The notes beneath the pieces are model-generated. The model was not told the origin of the DNA and did not search any database. It saw only the letters and a list, made by a program, of their open reading frames with translations. Made by a program: the position numbers and the translations under genes. 64,000 nucleotides of DNA, from the NCBI GenBank assembly GCA_951406725.2, contig OX597814.1:128092001-128156000 (forward strand), read 5' to 3'. Positions within the stretch are counted from its first letter, which is position 1, and each line of letters begins with the position of its first letter. This document shows, in pieces, positions 13,512 to 26,510 of this stretch. This DNA is from Octopus vulgaris. Its lineage: Eukaryota.

Positions 13512-13892
13512 ATATATGTATGTATATATATATATATGTATGTATATGTATGTATGTATAGCTGGACGTTTCTAAGGGACAACCTGCTGAGAGCCACTGA
13601 CCAGATCTGTGGCTGGTGCAAAGTCCCCTCTCGACCTAGAATAACGTGGTGGTGGCCTCGCCTGGCCCTCGTGCCGGTGGCACATAAAAACACCATCCGT
13701 TCGTGGCCGTTTGCCAGCTCTGGCTGGCACCAGTGCGGGTGGCACGTAAAAAGCACCCACTACACTCACGGAGTGGTTGGCGTTAGGAAGGGCATCCAGC
13801 CGTAGAAACACTGCCAGATTTGACTGGGCCTGATGAATATCCAACCCATGCTAGCATGGAAAACGGACGCTAAATGATGATGATGATGATGA

Positions 13893-13933
<41 letters not shown>

Positions 13934-15181
13934 ATCCAAACATGAAAACACAAAGAGAAAATACAACAATGCGAGGACGTAGAACAAATATAGTATTTTT
14001 GGACGGTCAGGAAGGAAGGGAAGAAGGAGGGTTTAACGTTTCAAGTGGAGCTCTTCGTCAGAAACATAGGAAAAGGAAAGATCCAGAGAAGGGAAGACAG
14101 AGGAAAAAAAATCGCCAACGGTACACACGCAGTCACGGTTGAGTTGCTGTGTACATGTATATATATATCTATATATACATATACATACATACATACATAC
14201 ATATATATATAGGGAGAATTCACAAAAAAACAAAAGACGAAGACAGGTGGTGTAGACAACAATCAAATGTATTAGTTTAACACTCAGGAAGTGAAAAAGT
14301 CTTTGATGTTTTGAGTCTACACTCTTCCACAGAAAGGAACACAGGAAGAAACAAAGAGACAAAATAAAGAATGTGTAGTGGCTACCGATCTATCATGGCG
14401 AATGCCGGACAGAAGGGTCACACAGGAGAGCTAGGGAGAAGGGGAGATAATAAAGTAGTAGTGATCCCATATATATATATGGGCAGCTTTAACCTTTTCT
14501 ATCCAAAAGGGTTTACATCCCACCTGTTTGCATGCTATTATTTATAGTTTCATGTGTGCTTCAAGATTTACTATCCCCAAAAAGAGAGTTGCTGGTGTTT
14601 GTGACTATGTGGTTGAGTTGCTGTGTTGGTTGAACTGTCTGTGCACATGCCCAAGTGTGTGCATCTATTCATATAAGAAACTCAGATGGAGAATTTTTGG
14701 AACGTCTCACAAATCTTAACTGTGCCACTGATCAATGAGATTTGAAGAATGAATGGATAAATGCATGTATGTATGTATGTATCTTGTATGTATGTTTGTA
14801 TGTATGTATGTTTGTATGTATGTTTGTATGTATGTATGTATGTATGTATGTATGTATGTATGTATGTATGTCCTGCAGAGTGTCCGACAATCACTCTCCT
14901 CACAAAGCAAGCTTGATGGGGTTGCCATGTCAAAGGGCAGAAGAGCTCAAGAGTAGTCAACAGCCATCCAACAATATGTGTACATGTGTATGTATGCATG
15001 CATGTATGCACATGGACGTGGAAATACCTGGGTTGGTGTCTAGGTTTGCGGTTGGCTCACTGGGAGTGGGAGGCCCTCTGTTGTTGTCACACTATCCCTC
15101 TAGGAGAGAAAACCTGCAACACTGACAATATTTGTTGATGCAGACTAGTTCTTCTTTTTGAGTTTATGTTGTCCATGTTCA

Positions 15182-15575
15182 GGCGCAGGAGTGGCTGTGT
15201 GGTAAGTAGCTTGCTTACGAATGACATAGTTCCAGGTTCAATTCCACTATGTGACACCTTGGGCAAATGTCTTCTGCTATAGCCTCGGGCCAACCAAAGC
15301 CTTGTGAGTGGATTTGGTAGACAGAAACTGAAACAAGCCCATTGTATATATGTATATGTATATATATGTGTGTGTCTGTGTTTGTCTCTCCAACATCACT
15401 TGACAACCGATGGTGGTGTGTTTACATCCCTGTAACTTAGCGGTTCGGCAAAAGAGACCGATACAATATGTACTAGGCTTACAAAGAATAAGTCCTGGGG
15501 TCGATTTGCTCAACTAAAGACGGTGCTCTAGCATGGCCACAGTCAAATGACTGAAATAAGTAAAAGAGCAAAGAG
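15182..15575 (+). mobile_element. tRNA-derived SINE family B with internal (TA)n/(TG)n
   Basis: ggcgcaggagtggctgtgtggtaag...ggttcaattcc...ccttgggcaa...aagtaaaagag. Copies at ~300-650(-), 4820-5220(-), 10110-10505(-), 12748-13255, 35487-36195, 36200-36530, 48478-48760, 55240-55445(-), 63640-64000. Confidence 0.85.
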
Positions 15576-16622
15576 CAAGGGTGTGATTGGATTGTGGAAA
15601 TCACTTAAAAACAAATAAGACCTATCACAAAAGTGGCTGGTTGTAGCCTTTGTATGTGTGGGACTTTTGATCAGGCAACAACAATACTTGAACACAAGTT
15701 TGTCACCATCATGTATGTATAGAACTGAAGGACTAGCTTCCTATATTTGCATTGATTTGTTATTGTACAATTGTACTGTGCAATGTTTAGCATGCATTGT
15801 GCCAGTGGCACATAAAAGGCACCATTCAAGTGTGGTCGTTACCAGCGTCACCTTACTGGCACTCGAGCCCCGTGCTAGTAGGGTGCTAAGAGCACCATCC
15901 GAGTGTGATCGTTGCCAGAGCAGCTAACTGGCTTCCGTGCCGGTGAAACGTTAAAAGGCACCATTCGAGCGTGATCATTCCCAGCATCGCCTTACTGGCT
16001 CCTGTGCCAGTGGAATGTGTAAAAAGTTTCGAGCAAGGTCATTGCTAGTACCACCTGACTGGACCCCGTGGTGGTGGCACATAAAAGCACCCACTACACT
16101 CTCGGAGTGGTTGGCGTTAGGAAGGGCATCCAGCTGTAGAAACTCTGCCAGATCAAGATTGGAGCCTGGTGCAGCCATCTGGTTTCACCAGTCCTCAGTC
16201 AAATCATCCAACCCATGCTAGCACGGAAAATGGACGTTAAAACGATGATAATGGTGGTGGTGATGATGATAGGTGCAGGCATGTAAAATAATTTATTATA
16301 CACTAAAATTACTATTTTATGATGAAGGCTGTGAAATGGCCATAACCTTACAGATATTAAGTGGTTAAATAAATATATTCTCCTTTCATACCACCTGATT
16401 TTTTTGGTTTATGTATGCATAAATGTATATATATTATTATTTTATGTTTCAGCCTTAAGGCTAAAACCATTTATTGTAAATTTGAAGTTAATTGGGATTT
16501 TACAATTTTGACCCTTCACTAAATATTGAGTATCCCATCAGCAATTGTTACACTGTTATTCTTAAACACACTTTAAAATAGTATCCTCAATTTAACATTT
16601 ATATAAATGCTTTATATTGCAG

Positions 16623-16711
16623 TAAAGAAATCCTATGATGTTACTGTTGAGGTCCAATATCCTTTCTCAAACTCCAGGTCCGAAGAATTTTCAGCTGAAT
16701 TTGAAAAGGAG
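16623..16711 (+). CDS. Gene A exon: start of SEA-like domain
   Basis: ttgcag|TA...GAG|gtaaac, phase 1-0; VKKSYDVTVEVQYPFSNSRSEEFSAEFEKE. Confidence 0.8.
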
Positions 16712-17123
16712 GTAAACTTTGTGCTTTAATTTTTGTATCTGTCTTGTCTCTCTGCCTTATTTAATTTTTATACTAATTTTCTGTGCCACTCAATATTGTA
16801 TATTTATTTAATGATTTATTCGTCTTTACTTTAGCAAGTGCATGCTGTCACCGTTTCATTGAGATTTAATAATAAGAGTTATCTCCCATACTTGCTAGCT
16901 TAAAATAATAATGGTAATGAACTTATTGCATACAGTATCCATGTGCACTACAACTCATCAGAAAAAATAGCCAGAAGTGCATGACCAGTACATTGAATAA
17001 TACATGAACAGTACATAGAATAATGCACAGGCTGTTAACAGTGAATGAGTCTAGCGTCAACCAATAAGGTCTTTGTCAGCCACTCTCCAGCTATCTGTTA
17101 TGGTTATAGTACATCCACAATAA

Positions 17124-17354
17124 GGCGGCGAGCTGGCAGAAACGTTAGCACGTCGGGCGAAATGCTTAGTGGTATTTCGTCTGACGTTACATTCTGAGTT
17201 CAAATTCCGCCGAGGTCGACTTTACCTTTCATCCTTTCGGGGTCGATAAATAAAGTACCAGTTTCTCACTGGGGTCGATGTAATCGACTTAATCCGTTTG
17301 TCTGTCCTTGTTTGTCCCCTCTATGTTTAGCCCCTTGTGGATAGTAAAGAAATA
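17124..17354 (+). mobile_element. tRNA-derived SINE family A (Nin/Deu-like core), full copy with 15-bp TSD
   Basis: A/B-box head (gagctggcagaaacgttag...gagttcaaattcc), core cctttcatcctttcggggtcgataaa..agtaccag; TSD tatagtacatccaca at 17105-17119 and 17355-17369. More than 15 copies, e.g. 19485-19715(-), 40898-41430, 60825-61055(-). Confidence 0.85.
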
Positions 17355-17955
17355 TATAGTACATCCACACTTAGAGTTTGCATCACTTGTATGGAACCCC
17401 TATCTTGCTCAGAATATCAATCTTCTGGATACTTGCCATCAGGCATCTACCATATTCTGAACGTCTTGCTTTCCTGGGCATGGACAAATTAATGCTCTGA
17501 CATCTGGCTACTGACTTGGTAAACACCCACAAGATAATCTACCATCTTTCCCACAACAATCATGGACACCCTTTTAAATTCCATATGTCTACAAACAACT
17601 CTCTATCTCTCCCCCCCCTCCATCCCTTTTTGCAATCACACAAGCTGTTTAACTGAATCACTAATAAGGGACAAAACCTGATATTACTCTGTCTTTATTT
17701 TCTTGGGACTGTTGCACTCCATACAAACTTGTAACAATGAGATGGGTGATGAAGTGAAAACGACTGACTGCTCTTCTCACTCATCCAAAATAATTTATTT
17801 CTTATTGTGACTCTAATGTGTTTCCGTACATCCAATTTTCTTCACTGTACAAAAAGGTGGCAATATTTCTCAAATGTTAAAGATGTTTTGAATGCAAAAT
17901 ATGGAAATCAAAGTCAATTGATTGTTATATGTCATTTTACTCACTATTTTTTCAG

Positions 17956-18020
17956 CTAAAATCATTATACGAGAAAGTTATGAAAAATGTCCAGATAAAA
18001 GTGAATATTAAAAAGCTGAA
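17956..18020 (+). CDS. Gene A exon: SEA-like domain, middle
   Basis: tttcag|CTA...GAA|gtatgt, phase 0-2; LKSLYEKVMKNVQIKVNIKKL; phases fit both neighbours. Confidence 0.8.
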
Positions 18021-18534
18021 GTATGTCATATTTTTTTATATTCTAAAAAATATAATTTGGGAGAAATATAAATATTTCTTTATAGGTAACTCATTAATTA
18101 AATTAATAGTGACTGGCATCCGTGCTAGCGGGGTGCAAAGAGCACCATACGAGTGTGATCGTTGACAGAGGGGCTAACCGACTTCCGTGCCAGTGGCACA
18201 TAAAAGCACCATTTGAGTGTGATCGTTACCAGCGTCGCCTTACTGGCACTTGTGCCCTGCTAGTAGGGTGCCAAGAGCACCATCCGAGCATGATCATTGC
18301 CAGAGCGGCTTTCTGGCTTCTGTGTCGGTGGCATGTAAAAGGCACCATTCGAGTGTGATCGTTACCAGCATCGCCTTACTGGCACCTGTGCCAGTGGCAT
18401 GTATAAAAAGATTTGAGTAAGGTCGTTGCCAGTACCACCAGACTGGCCCCCATGCTGGTGGCACGTGAAAAGCATCCACTACACTCTCGGAGTGGTTGGC
18501 GTTAGGAAGGGCATCCAGCTGTAGAAACACTGCC

Positions 18535-18698
18535 GGCGTAACTTCGGTATAAGTACCGGAAGTACCGGATACATTTCAAGAAAGTGTTTTTTTTTATATA
18601 TATATGGGGGGTTAGGGTTAGAGGTGGGAGAAAAGGGTTTCTGTTATCTTCAGAAAAGTAAACAAAACCACTTCCGGTACTTATACCGAAGGATCGCC
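18535..18698. mobile_element. 164-bp MITE with 8-bp TSD (Merlin- or hAT-like)
   Basis: TSD ACACTGCC at 18527-18534 and 18699-18706; 29-bp TIR ggcgtaacttcggtataagtaccggaagt / acttccggtacttataccgaaggatcgcc. Confidence 0.88.
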
Positions 18699-18925
18699 AC
18701 ACTGCCAGATCAAGATTGGAGCCTGGTGCAGCCATCTGGTTCACCAGCCCTCAGTCAAATTCGTCCAACCCATGCTAGCATGGAAAGCGGACATTAAACG
18801 ATGATGATTATTATATTTGATTATAGAATCACATGCAAGAAACATATTTTCCCTAACAATAATTTACTCTTTACATATCAAAAGTTTATATTCTCACACC
18901 CCATACATTATGATTTTCTTTTCAG

Positions 18926-19107
18926 GCCTGGCTTTTCTTTTAATGATACTGTGGTTCAATTCAGAATGATTCTCATTGAATATATAAACTCTGATGACCG
19001 TGAATCAGTTACAAGTGAATATCCAGTAAAACGAGTCATTGAAGATGCTTTGTTTCAAAACACACTCGGTGAATTTAAGGCATCTCACCGGCAGTTCCAA
19101 TTTAAAG
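18926..19107 (+). CDS. Gene A exon: SEA-like domain, end
   Basis: tttcag|G...AAAG|gtaata, phase 2-1; KPGFSFNDTVVQFRMILIEY...VIEDALFQNTLGEFKASHRQFQFK. Confidence 0.82.
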
Positions 19108-20002
19108 GTAATATTTGAAGATTTTTACTTTTTACAACATGGACTTTGAGCATATTTTTTGTCCAATAAATGTTTCATCAGATTATAGTGTTAGAATTGA
19201 CTGTCTTCTCATTGTTCTGCATGACTCTTGTATTACTGACTTTATAGCTATTCATTTGCTTTGTGTTTCTTGCAACTTGTGTACTGAATAATAACTGTGA
19301 GTAAATCTAGTTAATATATGAATTAATAGGAAGTTAATGTCATTTAGCTTACGTTTAGACACAGGTTCAAGTCTCATCTTTGAAAAGCATAAAAGCTGAT
19401 AATTATAGGAATGATGCCAAATGGTTTGGTAAATGCTGTATATGACAGTTTGGTAAATGTTGTAGACTGTAGTTTGGTAAATCTATTTCTTTACTGCCCA
19501 CAAGGAGCTACACAAGGAGGGGACAAACAAGGATAGACAAATGGATTAAGTCAATTATATTGACCCCAGTGCATAACTGGTACTTATTTAATTGACCCTG
19601 AAAGGATGAAAGGCAAAGTTGACCTCGGTGGAATTTGAACTCGGAAGGTAGTGGCAGACGAAATACCGTTAAGCATTTCACCTGGCGTGCTAACGTTTCT
19701 GCCAGCTCGCCGCCTACGCAAAATAACTGACCTTCAGAGTTAGAGAATTCTCATAAATCGAGTATTTTAGCCCTTCACTTTATGATACTCAAATGGTTAG
19801 GCTATATTCAAATCAGGATTCCTTTGTGCTGTGGTAATGTTTTATCAAAGGAGTCTGCTTGTAGAGCTATAGAGACTCTCTTTTGTTTGTTGCTCCACGT
19901 ACATTCCATGTGCATCATCTCAACTGCACATGAGTAAAAAGTGATCATTCTTTGTACTAAAACTCAGTGTAATATCAGTGTCAGTGTTCAGCTCTGTCTA
20001 TC

Positions 20003-21550
20003 TGTCTTCAGCAGCAATAAATAATATTTATTTTTCTGGATTCGCAATAATATATATATACATATATTTCCTTCAGGGTAAACCGGTAGGCAAGGGCCAT
20101 GAAACTAGTCACATTAGTTAACTTGTGTGAGCCAAATTCTGTCTCGTCCCAGTGTAGAAGGGCTTCTCTATGTATTGATTTGCTTGGGAGAATCTTGTGT
20201 CATGTTCATTCAATTCAGCTGCAGCTTCGAAAAGGACCGATCCTGCGGCAAATCTTTCTGTTGGTAGTTCTCTGTGCATGCGCATGAGGGAATTTCCGGC
20301 GGCCTACCGGAAGTAATCCAACTCTTACAACACACATTGTTTTTTTCTCATTGATACCTAACTGATTCAGAAGATCATACTTTGATATAAAGAGCAACCC
20401 TTGGACGCATACCACTAGTGTGTCTTACAACATGCCTTAAAACATTCAGCATGTTTTAAGACATAAGTCACTCCAATATATTTCTCTTGGTAGCCTGGTT
20501 ACATTGGTAGCCTGGACGCCTTGGAGTGGAAGCAGCAGGGATGGTAGTTAGACACGAAAATACGAAGGCATTTTCACAGACTCACAACGTCGGTCGCTGT
20601 CAGAATTCCAGCTCCACGGAGCTGGTCTAAGTTGCATCCTGTCTGGTCAGAAGCCAGGGCCAAAGAGGATGAAAGGGTGGTCAAACGTAGCTGCTGATGA
20701 TGATTGTGCATGCGCATAAGGGGCTTCCACCAGATCTCCGGAAAGCTCTAATTCTATGCGCATGCATGGGTGAATGTTCCACAATGGCGTCTAGAACCAG
20801 GCTTCACTACACATGAGTTTCAAGGAAAAGAATCAAAAATTATTTAAAATTGCATTGGAAATATGTGACTGCAGGCTGGGGAGATGTGTTGAATCACAAG
20901 TCTGAACAGGAATAAAACTGATGTTCTAGAACAGTGGTCAGCAATTGTTAGATGATTGAAGTGCTCTTTGTATTCTTTTCAAAAATTTTATCCAGTTAAA
21001 GGAATTTAGAGTCATTGAGTAGTTGCTAGCTTTTAGACAATATTTTGTGTTATGATTTGTTAGAACTTTTGCTTACATATACATTGCTAGTGATGGAAAA
21101 GGTGGGGGATATATGGGGATATTGTTATATGTAGAATGTGTAACAAGGATGAAGGTCTCTGGAACACTTGAGAGGTGCCGGTTTTATCTTGTTACATTAA
21201 ATTGTTTGTCGAATAGAAAACCAAGACTTCGAATATCTTCAGCAGCAATAAATAATATTTATTTTTCTGGATTCGCAATAATATATATACATATATTTCC
21301 TTCAAACCGGTAGGCGAGGGCCATGAAACTAGTCACATTAGTTAACTTATGTGAGCCAAATGCTGTCTCGTTCCAGTGTAGAAGGGCTTCTCTACGTATT
21401 GATTTGCTTGGGAGAACTTTGTGTCATGTCCATTCAATTCGGCTGCAGCTTCGAAAGGGACCGATCCTGTGGGAAATCTTTCTGTTGGTAGTTCTCTGCG
21501 CATGCGCATGAGGAAATTTCCGGCGGCCTACCGGAAGTAATCCAACTCTG
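20003..21550. repeat. ~320-bp direct repeats (~20003-20325 and ~21234-21548) bracketing a ~900-bp interior
   Basis: Near-identical ORFs 20099-20287 and 21323-21511 arise from the duplication; LTR- or pLTR-like layout. Confidence 0.75.
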
Positions 21551-23971
21551 CGCATGCGTGCTGAAGACTTCCAAAATGGCGTCACTACAAATGTGATATA
21601 ACATATATACAGGCCATTGGCAAATGATAAAAAAAAAAGACCAAACAAATCAAAAGTGCATCATTACTAAAAGAAGTTGTTGATCCCTGTGCTAGAACAG
21701 CATATCAATCTTTATAACACCATGTCATTAAATAGTGTCTATAATATTGATTTCTAATTTAGGCACAAGGCCAGTAATTTTGAGGAAGAGGGTAAGTTAA
21801 TTGCATCAACTCTAGTGTTCAACTGGTACTTATTTTTGTATCCTCCTCAAAAGGATGAAAGGCAAAGTCGACCTCAGTGGAATTTGAACTCAGAACATGA
21901 AGAGGGAGAAAATGACACTATGCATTTTGCCTGTAATGCTAACAATTCTGTCAGCTCATCACTAACAGTGTCTGTAATATTACAAATGAGACTGATTGGA
22001 GAGTTGGGAGAATCGCTAGCATGCTAGGCAAAATGCTTAGCGGTATTTCATCGTATTGGCGGCGAGCTGGCAGAAACGTTTGCACGCCGGGTGAAATGCG
22101 TAGCCGTATTTCGTCTGCCGTTACATTCTGAGTTCAAATTCCGCCGAGGTCGACTTTGCCTTTCATCCTTTCGGGGTCGATTAAATAAGTACCAGTTACG
22201 CACTGGGGTCGATATAATCGACTTAATCCATTTGTCTGTCTTCGTTTGTCCTTTCTGTGTTTAGCCCTTTGTGGTTAGTAAAGAAATAGGTATTTCATCT
22301 ATCTTTATTCCCTGAGTTCAAATTCTGCCGAGGTTAACTTTGCCTTTCATCCTTTTGTGGTCAATAAAATAAGGACCAGTTGAGAACTGGGGTCAATATA
22401 ACTGACTTTCTTGCCCCTGAATTTGCTGGGCTTTTGCCAAAATTTGAAACAAATATTACAAATGAGACAAAGAGACAGAAAATCATACCAGAGCTTTTTA
22501 ATGCTGTTTATAATATTCCATATCATAGATAATATTGGGTCATCATTTATGGATAATTTTGAACCTTTAATAATATGTTTGTCCAAATGTTTTTAGTTAC
22601 GTTTGTTTTTATATTATAATTGCATGTAGTAGAAATTCAAGTTTTCTTTTTTTAATGCCTGTATGTGGTTGCATGTGTAAGTGTGTATAATAGTTGATCA
22701 TCAATAAGTTATATTTTAGTAAGAGCTTGTTCTAGTTTTAACGTTCATTGCTTTGATAACAAATTCAAACTAGTTTATAATTCAGAAATACTGAATTTTG
22801 GTGGGTAAAAATATTAAAAAAAAAAAAGAAAGAACTATGACACAAAATAAATTAGTTAAGATTCTGTATTGGTTCAAATCTATGACAGATGTACCTCCTT
22901 GATGCTGCTTGATCCACATCAAGTGAAATAGATTTAGAGAGGAAATATGCTAAGAGGAAATATGCCTCTCATCAGGCAGTTTAAAAAAAAAAATCTTTTC
23001 ATAAACCCAACTCATGACACCACCAATTGTTAAGGTTTTCCATAATCCATCACAGCATAAAGGAAGGAAAAAGTAAACAAAATATGTTTTAGTCAAATGA
23101 AAGAGTAAAACATGGAGATGGTTCAAAGTAGGAAGGGTGGGGTGCTCTTAAGAATAGAAGATTCCGTAATTAAAATGGCTTTAGAAACCTACCTGATTTA
23201 TGTGTGTATATGTGGTGGTAGTTTTAGAAGTGACTGCAATACTCAGTAGCTGACAGGATCAGGGAAAATAATAGCTTATATGATGTGTTTGTAGCGTGTT
23301 AGTAAGTCTTTGTCACTAAAGATAGATCCCGAGTGAAATAGGAAAAAGGAGATGACTGATGAATTCAGTGTGTCTATGAATGAGGAAGGCTCAATAGATT
23401 AAATTAGATTAATTAGATCAATTAAATTAGAGGTAAATGTGAAGCTTTTAATACATGATGATGCTGAATACTATATCATGGTAGAAGAGTTGACTAAGAA
23501 TCTTGAACTCATAGAAGAATCAGAGGACAAAGACAACAGGAAGAATTACTGTAAGTCTGTCCAAATCTTAACAACATAGTAGAACAGTCAAGCCATTCAT
23601 GCTAATGTTGTTGATGGTGGTGCTCTGATTAAGCACAACCTATGATTGAATGTTTTCCATCTGTGACCATCCCATCTTTTACTCAGAATTAGTGTAGATT
23701 AGATTACATTATCCTGTTTTTGTTTTCTCGAAATGGTTGGATGTAATGAGGGAGATTTGGCTGCTATGGTGTATGGTGGTGATGGTAATCATGTTACTGA
23801 TAATAGGATAGAATGAGATGACTGGGTGTGGCTATTTGGACACGGGTGATTTGGCATGGCTGACAAGATATTCAATCTGTTTTGGCAACTGTACATTTTG
23901 GCACTGGAGGCAAACACACATGTGCAAAGAAATATACTCATCACTCTCTGTCTGTCTGTCAGTCTGTCTCT

Positions 23972-24006
<35 letters not shown>

Positions 24007-24514
24007 GAGAGTGAGAGACAATATAATTTATTAATAATTGAACCTGATCGACATCAATATTCTCGCTAATCATCGTATACATATATGAAGTGCAGCAGAA
24101 AGTTAAATGAAGTTTAATAGTTTTGATAACTAGAATAAAAAATAAATTTTTACAGTGCCCAAAAGGTCCTAGAGAACAAAGCATTTGATGACAAATAAGT
24201 CAATGTCAAATCAGCCGTGCCAAAACAGCTGTGGCAAAATATCTGATACCCGTAATAGGAATGGTAACTTAAAAAAGAACCATTTTAATGAATCTTGTTT
24301 ATACAAAGAAATGTTTGTTCAATTAGGTAGAATATTTCAGAATTATTTAGAGTACATATGTCTCATCTGATAAATATTGGAAATTTCTTATTTTAAGTAT
24401 TTCTTATTTTAACCACTGATACCCCCCTCTCAAGAACTGAATTCTCAACTCACATGCAGTTCTAGATATTATTCTTATAGATTTCTTTCTGATCCTTATT
24501 TTTTATTCCCCTAG

Positions 24515-24638
24515 AGGTCACAGATAGAATGGTACGTAGTAGTACTGTGTTCTATGTTCTACTGGCTATATTTATTGTGGCCATTGTTGCTGTTGGAGTC
24601 TGGATTTACTTCAGAAAGTTTCGGCGCAGGGAATCACC
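24515..24638 (+). CDS. Gene A exon: transmembrane helix plus basic stop-transfer
   Basis: ccctag|AG...CACC|gtgagt, phase 1-2; EVTDRMVRSSTVFYVLLAIFIVAIVAVGVWIYFRKFRRRESP (a different frame from the ORF-track call). Confidence 0.88.
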
Positions 24639-25335
24639 GTGAGTTGGCAGCAATTTATTTTGGCTTTTTTTTTTCTGCTATATTACTAATAGATTCGAGT
24701 TTAGCTTTACCATCATCATCATCATCATCATCATCATCATTAGTAAACTAGACATTAGTATGGCTTCATCTCAGAGGTCAAGCTATACTAACGATAATTT
24801 AACCCAATCAGTTAGCTAACAGACTCCTGGATGAGAGATATCAGTGTGGCCTTATTAGTGACATAGTGGTCAGTTGATTAAGAGAGAAGCCTGTTGATAT
24901 AGTTGATCCTGGGGGAGGTTTAGGGACATTGTTGTTGCCTGAGTAAGAGTGTGTCAGTTATATGGTAGTCACATGACTAAGAAAGGGGTCAGTTACACAG
25001 TGGTGTCTTGAGTAAAAGTAGGGTGGAAAGTGACGAGATATTCATCTGAAATAGAAATATCCAAGTTGAATAGAAAGAGTCACACTTATCCTAAATTAGT
25101 GTTTTTCAGAAGAGAATCAGAGGATTGAACCCTCTATGTCACCTGCTCTGATAGATCAGGGAATCCTACACAACTTTTACTGCAAACAACAACTCTATCA
25201 TCATCATCATCATCATTGTTATTATCAACATTAGCATTCTCTTCCTGTTCCTGCTCTACCATCATTGTCATTCTCTTTACCATCATTCTCATCACCATCA
25301 ACATGCTCATTCTAAACATCCTCTTCCCCACCTCT

Positions 25336-25490
25336 ACCACCACCACCACCACCACCACCACCAAAACCACCACCACCACCACCACAACCACCACCAAAAC
25401 CACCACCTACACCAAAACCACCACCACCAAAACCACCAGCACCACTAAAACCACCACCACTGCCGCTGCTGCCGCCACCACCACCACCAC
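25336..25490 (+). repeat. (ACC)n microsatellite
   Basis: Direct reading; source of the poly-T/poly-V ORFs. Confidence 0.95.
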
Positions 25491-25745
25491 CATGCTCATC
25501 TTCATCTTAAACCATCAGTTGCTTTATACATTAACTCTAAATTCAGTACACAAGAGAAAATACAGAATAAGATTCTATATATTCTAGAATAACTGATATT
25601 TTGATAAGGAAATCATATGATAATGTGCTGCATTAAAATACTGTATATTTGCATTGAGGCTATTTGAATGCACGTGTGTGTGTGCATGTGTGTGCATGTC
25701 TGTATTTGACCAGCTTTTTTAATGATACTCTATAATTCCTTGCAG

Positions 25746-25852
25746 AACTCTAAACTCTGAACATAATGACTGGAATACAATACAACAAACAACTAATCCT
25801 GCTTACAGTCCAACACTTATCCGAAGACCTCCTCCACCCATTCCAATTGAAG
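25746..25852 (+). CDS. Gene A exon: juxtamembrane cytoplasmic segment with NPxY
   Basis: ttgcag|A...GAAG|gtagga, phase 2-1; TLNSEHNDWNTIQQTTNPAYSPTLIRRPPPPIPIE. Confidence 0.82.
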
Positions 25853-26258
25853 GTAGGAACTTTTCTAATTTCTTGTTCACTCCATGATAAAGATCATAAT
25901 TTAACGTCTGTTTTCTTTGCTGGCATGGGTTAGATGGTTTGACAGGAGCTAGCAAGCTGAAGGCCTGCACCAGGCTCCAGTCATGTTTTGATATGGTGTC
26001 TATGCCAACCACATTACAGAGTATACTGGGTACTTTCTACATGACGCTGGCATGGGTGCCTTCATACACGGTGTCAGCATGGGTACTTTTTTATGTGGGT
26101 TCTATACAGTTGCTTTTCCATGTGGCTCCAGCGTGGGTGTCCTGAACACAACACTGGCATGATGCCAGCACAGGTGCATTTTACATGGCACCAGCATGGG
26201 TGCTTTTTACATGGTGTCAAAACAGGTGCTTTTTATATGGCACCAATACTTGTGGGAT

Positions 26259-26510
26259 GTGGATGCACATGGCTTAGTGGTTAGGGTGTTGGATTCATGA
26301 TCGTAAGATTGTGGTTTTGATTCCTGGACTGGGTATGCATTGTGTTCTTGTGTAAAACACTTCATTTCACATTGCTCCAGTCCACTCACCTGGCAAAAAT
26401 GAGTAATCCTGCAATGGACTGGCGTCCTGTCCAGGTGTGGAATATATTCACCATGAAACCAGGAAACTGGCCCTTATGAGTCAGCAAGACTCAAGAAGGT
26501 AACTTTACCT
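26259..26510 (+). mobile_element. tRNA-derived SINE family D (MESC/Meta-like core)
   Basis: tggcttagtggttag...gttttgattcc head, core ttgtgttcttg..aaaacacttcatttcac.ttgctccagtccactca. Related copies at ~6045-6335, 26715-26950, 36655-36890(-), 41590-42055(-), 61940-62140(-). Confidence 0.75.

Noticed and set aside
15790-16090. ~50-bp repeated units (gtggcacataaaa..cacc..cgag.gtgatcgtt) resembling a CRISPR array; also at 18110-18480
   Set aside because: The 'spacers' are homologous to each other, the units belong to a dispersed retroposon 3'UTR, the context is eukaryotic and no cas genes are present
24554-24751. ORF-track hydrophobic peptide MFYWLYLLW...
   Set aside because: Wrong frame; the spliced frame gives the TM helix followed by RKFRRR
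25216-25587. Thr-rich ORF that looks like a mucin stalk near the SEA domain
   Set aside because: It is an (ACC)n microsatellite lying after the TM exon; exons 24638 and 25746 already join in phase
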